A program made the translations under genes and the position numbers. This document shows positions 45,103-49,151 of a stretch of DNA of 49,151 nucleotides, piece by piece; position 1 is the first letter of the stretch, and the number at the start of each line of letters is the position of its first letter. Location of the stretch: the IMG/VR virus record IMGVR_UViG_3300037440_000532, positions 1 to 49,151 of that record. The stretch is one strand, 5' to 3'. Below the pieces are notes generated by a model, which was not told the origin of the DNA, did no database searches, and saw only the letters and a list, made by a program, of their open reading frames with translations. This DNA is from a virus (Duplodnaviria; Caudoviricetes).

Positions 45103-45276
45103 CTACGCCTTTGTGACAGTCAACGAATGCGGATCTGCATTCAGATCTGCATCTACCAATCGGTTCGAGTTGAGGATGTGTCCCCATATCCCGAGTTTGT
45201 AGCGCAACCACTCATCTACTTCTTGCGTACTGACCATATCTGGCACTTCCAACTCGAACCTTACCCGTATCTTCAT
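45103..45276 (-). CDS. Cassette 6 ORF, 57 aa (not in the ORF track)
   Basis: SD AAGGAG, MKIRVRFELEVPDMVSTQEVDEWLRYKLG... Confidence 0.7.
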   Translation of the reverse strand: MKIRVRFELEVPDMVSTQEVDEWLRYKLGIWGHILNSNRLVDADLNADPHSLTVTKA

Positions 45277-45374
45277 ATCCGCTCCTTCAATTCCTTTATA
45301 TGCAGCGCCGTATCAATGGGGCCGTTAAGTCGTGAATGGCAAGCGGTGGTCGATCCGTCGCAAACTACGCGCCG

Positions 45375-45442
45375 TATCAACCACGCCATTCAAGATCGAC
45401 CCCGGCCCTGGCGGGCCGGGCGACTTAACGGCCCCATTAGCT
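45375..45442 (+). other. attC: attC6 (anti-arm at 45302-45361)
   Basis: TATCAAC...ATT(C)AAG...CTTAAC...ATTAGCT. Confidence 0.85.
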
Positions 45443-46165
45443 TCCATCAAAGCAGCCGCACGGCAACTCAATGTCGTAGCTGCATAGCTCCATTTCCTGC
45501 TGATTATAAATATCTGTGAGCGAGACCGACTCCAGTATCCGGCTTCCCCTGGCACAATTAAGCTCCAAATCCAAAGCCTTTTTGAACAGTTCCGGCCTTT
45601 CGTTCTTCATGTGCTGGTACTGCTTCGGAGACATGAATGGGCATATAAAACACCCGCTTTTCGGCGGATCGGGTAATCCCGCGTTGCGGATCAGTTCCAT
45701 GCACCCGGCCCGGTCAATTCTGTTCTGGAAAAGCGGGTATTTTTTCCCGTATAGCGATGTTTTCGGTTTGCACTTTCGGCCAAAAACTGGCGTCTCTGCA
45801 TTTAATACGCGGCTTTCCTCCCCAGCGTCAAAGCCGATGTATACCGTCACAGGCATCAGCGGGTTAACAATCTCGTCAAACGGTTCAATCTTGAATCGAG
45901 ACGTACACCACCGAAACTGACGGAAGGGGATTATTTTAAGCCTTGTGCAGTATTCATAAAGCCCTTCCTCTCGGCCTATCGTTTCAATGGTCAGTCCGTA
46001 CTGTTTTAGCCATGCTCCGAACGTGTTGACATACTCCAGCGTTTCGGGAAGCTCCGCGCCGGTATCGCAGAAAATAATACGGTCAATTGGCTGTTCGTGC
46101 TGTAGAAGCCAAATCACCATTGCCGTGCTGTTTACGCCGCCGCCGTATGATACGATGTGTTTCAA
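45437..46165 (-). CDS. Cassette 7 ORF, PAPS-reductase-family (PP-loop) protein
   Basis: SYGGGVNS, DTGAE, RWCT..FKI.P and SGCFICPF motifs. TTG start after GGAGG, stop in R' of attC6. Confidence 0.85.
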   Translation of the reverse strand: MKHIVSYGGGVNSTAMVIWLLQHEQPIDRIIFCDTGAELPETLEYVNTFGAWLKQYGLTIETIGREEGLYEYCTRLKIIPFRQFRWCTSRFKIEPFDEIVNPLMPVTVYIGFDAGEESRVLNAETPVFGRKCKPKTSLYGKKYPLFQNRIDRAGCMELIRNAGLPDPPKSGCFICPFMSPKQYQHMKNERPELFKKALDLELNCARGSRILESVSLTDIYNQQEMELCSYDIELPCGCFDGS

Positions 46166-46180
46166 TAAATCCTCCAAGGA

Positions 46181-46235
46181 AGCTAACCAGGACGGTCCAG
46201 CGGGACGCTACGCGCCCCTGACCGCCGCGTTGACT
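46181..46235 (+). other. attC: attC7
   Basis: AGCTAAC...GGT(C)CAG...CTGACC...GTTGACT. Confidence 0.88.
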
Positions 46236-46365
46236 CTGGCATGGGCGGGAATATGATCTTAGGATACTCGCAAGTAGCCATGTGAATAAATTTTCGCCGT
46301 CCAGTTTTCGACATCGGCCACTTTGCGTATTTACAATATCGGCAACCATTTTTATCGTTTGGCAT
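46183..46365 (-). CDS. Cassette 8 second ORF, probably 3'-truncated, reads into attC7
   Basis: CRYCKYAKW...C. The last ~15 codons are attC7 sequence. Confidence 0.55.
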   Translation of the reverse strand: MPNDKNGCRYCKYAKWPMSKTGRRKFIHMATCEYPKIIFPPMPESTRRSGARSVPLDRPG

Positions 46366-46367
46366 AT

Positions 46368-46616
46368 TTATCCCTCATCATAAAATTCTGCCACGTCATG
46401 CACTTCGTTGTCAGCCAAAATTGTAATGGCTGGTGCTGCCTCTCTGATTTCAACAATAACCTCTCCTGCTTTGCGTTTTGGCTCAAGTGCTTTCCATACC
46501 CGTTCTATCGTATGAGCGGCAAAGTAGCTTGTTGCCCGGTGAATATCGGTTGAAGTCTTACCCGGTTCCTTTTTTGTTTCGCCTTCTGTCTCTGATACAA
46601 CGATAAATATTTTCAT
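46368..46616 (-). CDS. Cassette 8 first ORF, hypothetical
   Basis: SD AAAGGAG, 82 aa. Confidence 0.7.
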   Translation of the reverse strand: MKIFIVVSETEGETKKEPGKTSTDIHRATSYFAAHTIERVWKALEPKRKAGEVIVEIREAAPAITILADNEVHDVAEFYDEG

Positions 46617-46637
46617 TGTTCTCCTTTCGACGCGACG

Positions 46638-46695
46638 GACTAACCACCGTGTCCAGATCGTCGCGCAAGACGCGCGACTGACCCGGACGTTCTCC
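46638..46695 (+). other. attC: attC8 (last site of the array)
   Basis: GACTAAC-CACCG-TGT(C)CAG...GTCGCGC-AAGAC-GCGCGAC-TGACC-CGGAC-GTTCTCC. Confidence 0.82.
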
Positions 46696-46739
46696 CCGAA
46701 ACGAAATACCTGATTTTTCCCTATTAGCTAGATACATAT

Positions 46740-46783
46740 CGCGGTTCGAATTACCCGCGGGGGGTGGGGTCGGGGAAGGACCC
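46740..46783 (-). other. Lambda-like cos region (cosQ plus cosN-like)
   Basis: Minus strand GGGTCCT-TCCCCGACCCCACCCCCC-GCGGGTAATTCGAACCGCG. GGGTCCT is the lambda cosQ heptamer and the phage has a GpA terminase. Confidence 0.55.
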
Positions 46784-46853
46784 ATCAATTTCACAGGACA
46801 TATAGTTTTTATTTCTCCGCTGGGTCTCATCTTATTCATGGGGTCTATAACCT

Positions 46854-47168
46854 TTAGGAGGCAATCTGTCTCCCGCCGTTGCCTCGCATCTTGGTTGGGG
46901 CTGTCCTTCTTGATTGTTGCGGTGCGTATATGGACCTGACCACATAATCCAGTTGGCTGGAGATCTTCGCGGCTTCGGCCTTGTGCCTCTGGTGCCGCGC
47001 CTTCTCTCGGTCTCGCCATGCGTAATAGTATGCTTCGAAGTCGAGACGCAGCCATGTCATGGGCTTGCCTACTCCGCCTGACAACCGGCCATGTTCTTTG
47101 ATCCAGGCCTTTGAAATCTTATAGGTGGTGACCAGGTCGGACCTGTCTATGATATCTGCCGGGCTCAC
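46854..47168 (-). CDS. Putative excisionase-like DNA-binding protein
   Basis: Small and basic, HTH-like N-terminus, in the early operon. Confidence 0.45.
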   Translation of the reverse strand: MSPADIIDRSDLVTTYKISKAWIKEHGRLSGGVGKPMTWLRLDFEAYYYAWRDREKARHQRHKAEAAKISSQLDYVVRSIYAPQQSRRTAPTKMRGNGGRQIAS

Positions 47169-47386
47169 TGGTTGCCCTCTGTCCAGAAACCATATACCTC
47201 ATCCAAGCTCTCTACAGGGTAGTCATAACCCAGGCATTCCTTGATACGGAGATGCAGAGTTCTGAGCAGACTCATGGTATCGGTTGCCTCTCCGCGCTCC
47301 TTGTTGCAAAGGGTCTCCAGCTTGATGGCGTTGAATCCGTCTATCAACAGTCCGGTAATGGTTGGTCTCATCTCTGTGACCATCAT
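47165..47386 (-). CDS. Hypothetical protein
   Basis: SD GGGAGG, 73 aa. Confidence 0.6.
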   Translation of the reverse strand: MMVTEMRPTITGLLIDGFNAIKLETLCNKERGEATDTMSLLRTLHLRIKECLGYDYPVESLDEVYGFWTEGNQ

Positions 47387-47388
47387 GA

Positions 47389-47871
47389 CTACCTCCCTGC
47401 GTGCAGGGCCTTGATCCCCTGCAGATAGGCTGAGATCTGCTGGAGAGCTTCTTCGCCCTCTGCGATGATTCCAGATGCCTTCTGTTTGCTGATGCTGTTT
47501 TTTTCCATGGCCTCGGATGATGCGGAGGCCAGGTCTGAAAATTCTTTGATGCATTTAATAAGACTCTGCTGGATATCTTTAAGGTCTGCGTTGCGATCGG
47601 GGAGGCGAACGGCGATGTGGTTGTGCTCGTGGCATAGGCAGTGAAGCGGAGCGCTCCAGGACTCGTAGGGGTTGCCGATCTTCTTACTGGCATTGACGAT
47701 GCGGTTTGTGCGGTCGATGCAGTTGGGGGCTCCTGAGAATGTGCCTCCATAGGGCTCCTGGTATTGGTAGAGAGTGGGAGGCTCCAGCGTCCAGCCGCCC
47801 TCTTTGCAGGCATCGGAGATCAGCTTCGTTTTACCGCCCACTGCCTTTTTCATTGCCTCGAATGACGTCAT
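47389..47871 (-). CDS. cII: Phage regulatory protein, CII family (186/CP76-like)
   Basis: TLYQYQEP...SGAPN..DR...PLHCLC...IKEFSDL...ISKQKA..I..E pattern. First gene of the early operon, SD GGGGAGGT. Confidence 0.7.
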   Translation of the reverse strand: MTSFEAMKKAVGGKTKLISDACKEGGWTLEPPTLYQYQEPYGGTFSGAPNCIDRTNRIVNASKKIGNPYESWSAPLHCLCHEHNHIAVRLPDRNADLKDIQQSLIKCIKEFSDLASASSEAMEKNSISKQKASGIIAEGEEALQQISAYLQGIKALHAGR

Positions 47872-47951
47872 AATTACCTCCCCGGCTTCTGATTGCCCAG
47901 ATAGGGCATGTCTGATACTATCGGTCCATGAACGATCGAGCCCGCGCTCCA

Positions 47952-48057
47952 CCAAATAAAAACGCCCGTCCAGCGGTCTGCGTGATCACCGGGGAGGTAA
48001 TTCTTCGCAGGCCGCCGAACGGGCGTCCCTTTGCAGGTCATGTCTGTTTCTATTTGG
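47952..48057 (-). ncRNA. Putative structured antisense/leader RNA (P4 CI / P1 C4-like architecture)
   Basis: Two stacked stems with G-U pairs on the minus strand. The terminal loop is complementary to the cII RBS (47872-47885) and to an upstream site (48079-48091). Confidence 0.6.
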
Positions 48058-48099
48058 CTATGAGGCCTTAGTACTCCATCCCCGGTAATCATGGATACA

Positions 48100-48129
48100 A
48101 AGGTACCAGAACACTTGCCATTTTGTCAA
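48100..48129 (-). promoter_or_regulatory. Early leftward sigma70 promoter
   Basis: TTGACA-N18-TACCTT with an extended -10 TG, divergent from the repressor. Confidence 0.7.
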
Positions 48130-48210
48130 GAGTTTTTTACACAAAATATCTTTACTATGTGGAAAGAGGCCTTGCTTGTCATTATGGATGCAATAGTTTA
48201 CAGTTTTATC

Positions 48211-48627
48211 ATGACTTTTGAAGAGGTTATAGGAAACAGAATTAGACAGGTAAGACGCAGTAAACTCCCAGTGATGAGCATTGAGAAGCTGGCTGAACTG
48301 TCTGGGCTATCCCGGCAGACGATTACTTCTATTGAAAAGGGCAAATCTAAAAAGGTAGCGATCTCAACCATCACCGCTATTGCGCGCGCACTTTCCGCAT
48401 CGCTCGATGATCTGACTGGAGATGCTTGGAAAAATGCAGCCATTGCGAATGAACAGGCATCTGAATATTTACCGGACAATAAAAAAGCAGGAAATCAGGC
48501 AACACATGCACAGCGCGGGAAGACGGTGAGAAAACCCTCACCAGTGGAAGAGTATTATACGGAGGATGGACAGCGCAAACCCAAGGGACAAGAACAGCAT
48601 AAATCTAAAAGGGAAAAATCAGCGTAA
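48211..48627 (+). CDS. XRE-family HTH repressor (CI-like)
   Basis: IGNRIRQVR...MSIEKLAELSGLSRQTITSIEKG...IARAL. No S24 peptidase domain is evident. Start may be 48184. Confidence 0.85.
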   Translation: MTFEEVIGNRIRQVRRSKLPVMSIEKLAELSGLSRQTITSIEKGKSKKVAISTITAIARALSASLDDLTGDAWKNAAIANEQASEYLPDNKKAGNQATHAQRGKTVRKPSPVEEYYTEDGQRKPKGQEQHKSKREKSA

Positions 48628-48804
48628 TTCTTTTGCAAGCTTTATCAAGTTCGCGGCAAATTTCTCTATGGCGCGTTCATATATTTCACCGTTTTCCTTA
48701 TAGGTGCAATTGCGGCAGTCGGGTCGTGCTATTATGACGCCTTCATGGGTTGCCCGCCGTATCGGCACCACTTTATTATTATTGACATCAAGCAATATGC
48801 TCAA
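48619..48804 (-). CDS. Small hypothetical protein
   Basis: 61 aa with CRNC, TTG start. Confidence 0.4.
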   Translation of the reverse strand: MSILLDVNNNKVVPIRRATHEGVIIARPDCRNCTYKENGEIYERAIEKFAANLIKLAKELR

Positions 48805-48947
48805 TTGAAACCGCCTTTCTACTCCAGAAATTATAATACTACTAAAGCACTAGAATTATAGAATGTCAATAATACTTACGGGGTATTTTCAGGCGATTGA
48901 CAATCATTAAACCTACACGAACGGGTAGGCATCTAAAGGAGAAATAT

Positions 48948-49151
48948 ATGTTTAAATTGGTAATAATTTCCATAGCCGCTTGCCTGCTGTTGACCGCATG
49001 TCCGCCGCCTAATGTAGAATTGTCTCCTGCCGGGATGAAAGTTCCGATGATTTCCTCGGACCTGGCGCAAGCGCTACCGGGAAGGCCGCTTGATCGGTGC
49101 ACCATCAAAGCTCACATTGGGACAGAAGAGTCTTTTTTCTGCCTCTCGACT
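48948..49151 (+). CDS. 5' part of the lipoprotein gene (continues to 292); candidate superinfection exclusion
   Basis: SD AAAGGAG, signal peptide with lipobox LTAC. Confidence 0.75.
   Translation, partial: MFKLVIISIAACLLLTACPPPNVELSPAGMKVPMISSDLAQALPGRPLDRCTIKAHIGTEESFFCLST

Larger units (their letters stand above)
42075..46695. mobile_element. Complete integron (intI, attI, 8 cassettes) embedded in the phage early region
   Basis: IntI with the integron-specific insertion. Eight attC sites in + orientation, with mutually complementary cassette ends. Confidence 0.92.
1..49151. mobile_element. Complete circular temperate siphophage genome (excised form)
   Basis: Terminal 127-bp overlap. Integrase, intact attP, repressor, replication, GpA terminase, portal, capsid, tail and lysis genes are all present. 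Confidence 0.95.

Noticed and set aside
44503-45442. CRISPR array or insertion sequence explaining the ~140-bp repeats
   Set aside because: Two long copies separated by genes, with attC anatomy and no cas or transposase gene.
47874-48092. Cro gene
   Set aside because: No HTH pattern, and the region is better explained by RNA structure. Leaderless translation is not excluded.
49025-49151. Biological direct terminal repeat
   Set aside because: Exactly 127 bp, a common assembler k-mer size. It falls mid-gene, and a GpA terminase implies cos ends.

Overview
This is the complete circular genome of a temperate, lambda-like siphophage, about 49,024 bp plus a 127-bp assembly overlap. It is in excised form, with an intact attP equal to the 3' half of tRNA-Arg(CCT). 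Modules are int/attP, tail, lysis, head (ClpP-capsid fusion, lambda-type portal, GpA terminase), replication (initiator with iterons, DnaB, SSB), a C5 DNA methylase and an immunity region. The standout is a complete integron inside the early region (42075-46695): an intI gene, an attI-like site and 8 attC-delimited cassettes. Every cassette ORF is inverted relative to its attC, so all of them, and intI, lie on the phage early transcript. Four attC sites carry an upstream co-varying inverted copy ('anti-attC') that can form a mutually exclusive fold, and one attC has a gene inside its loop. Other signals: a P4-CI/C4-like structured leader RNA whose loop is antisense to the cII RBS, a cos-like site far from terS, an overlapping EcoHK31I-beta-like ORF in the methylase, and a -1 frameshifted tail chaperone. 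All calls come from reading sequence and motifs; no searches or folding programs were run.
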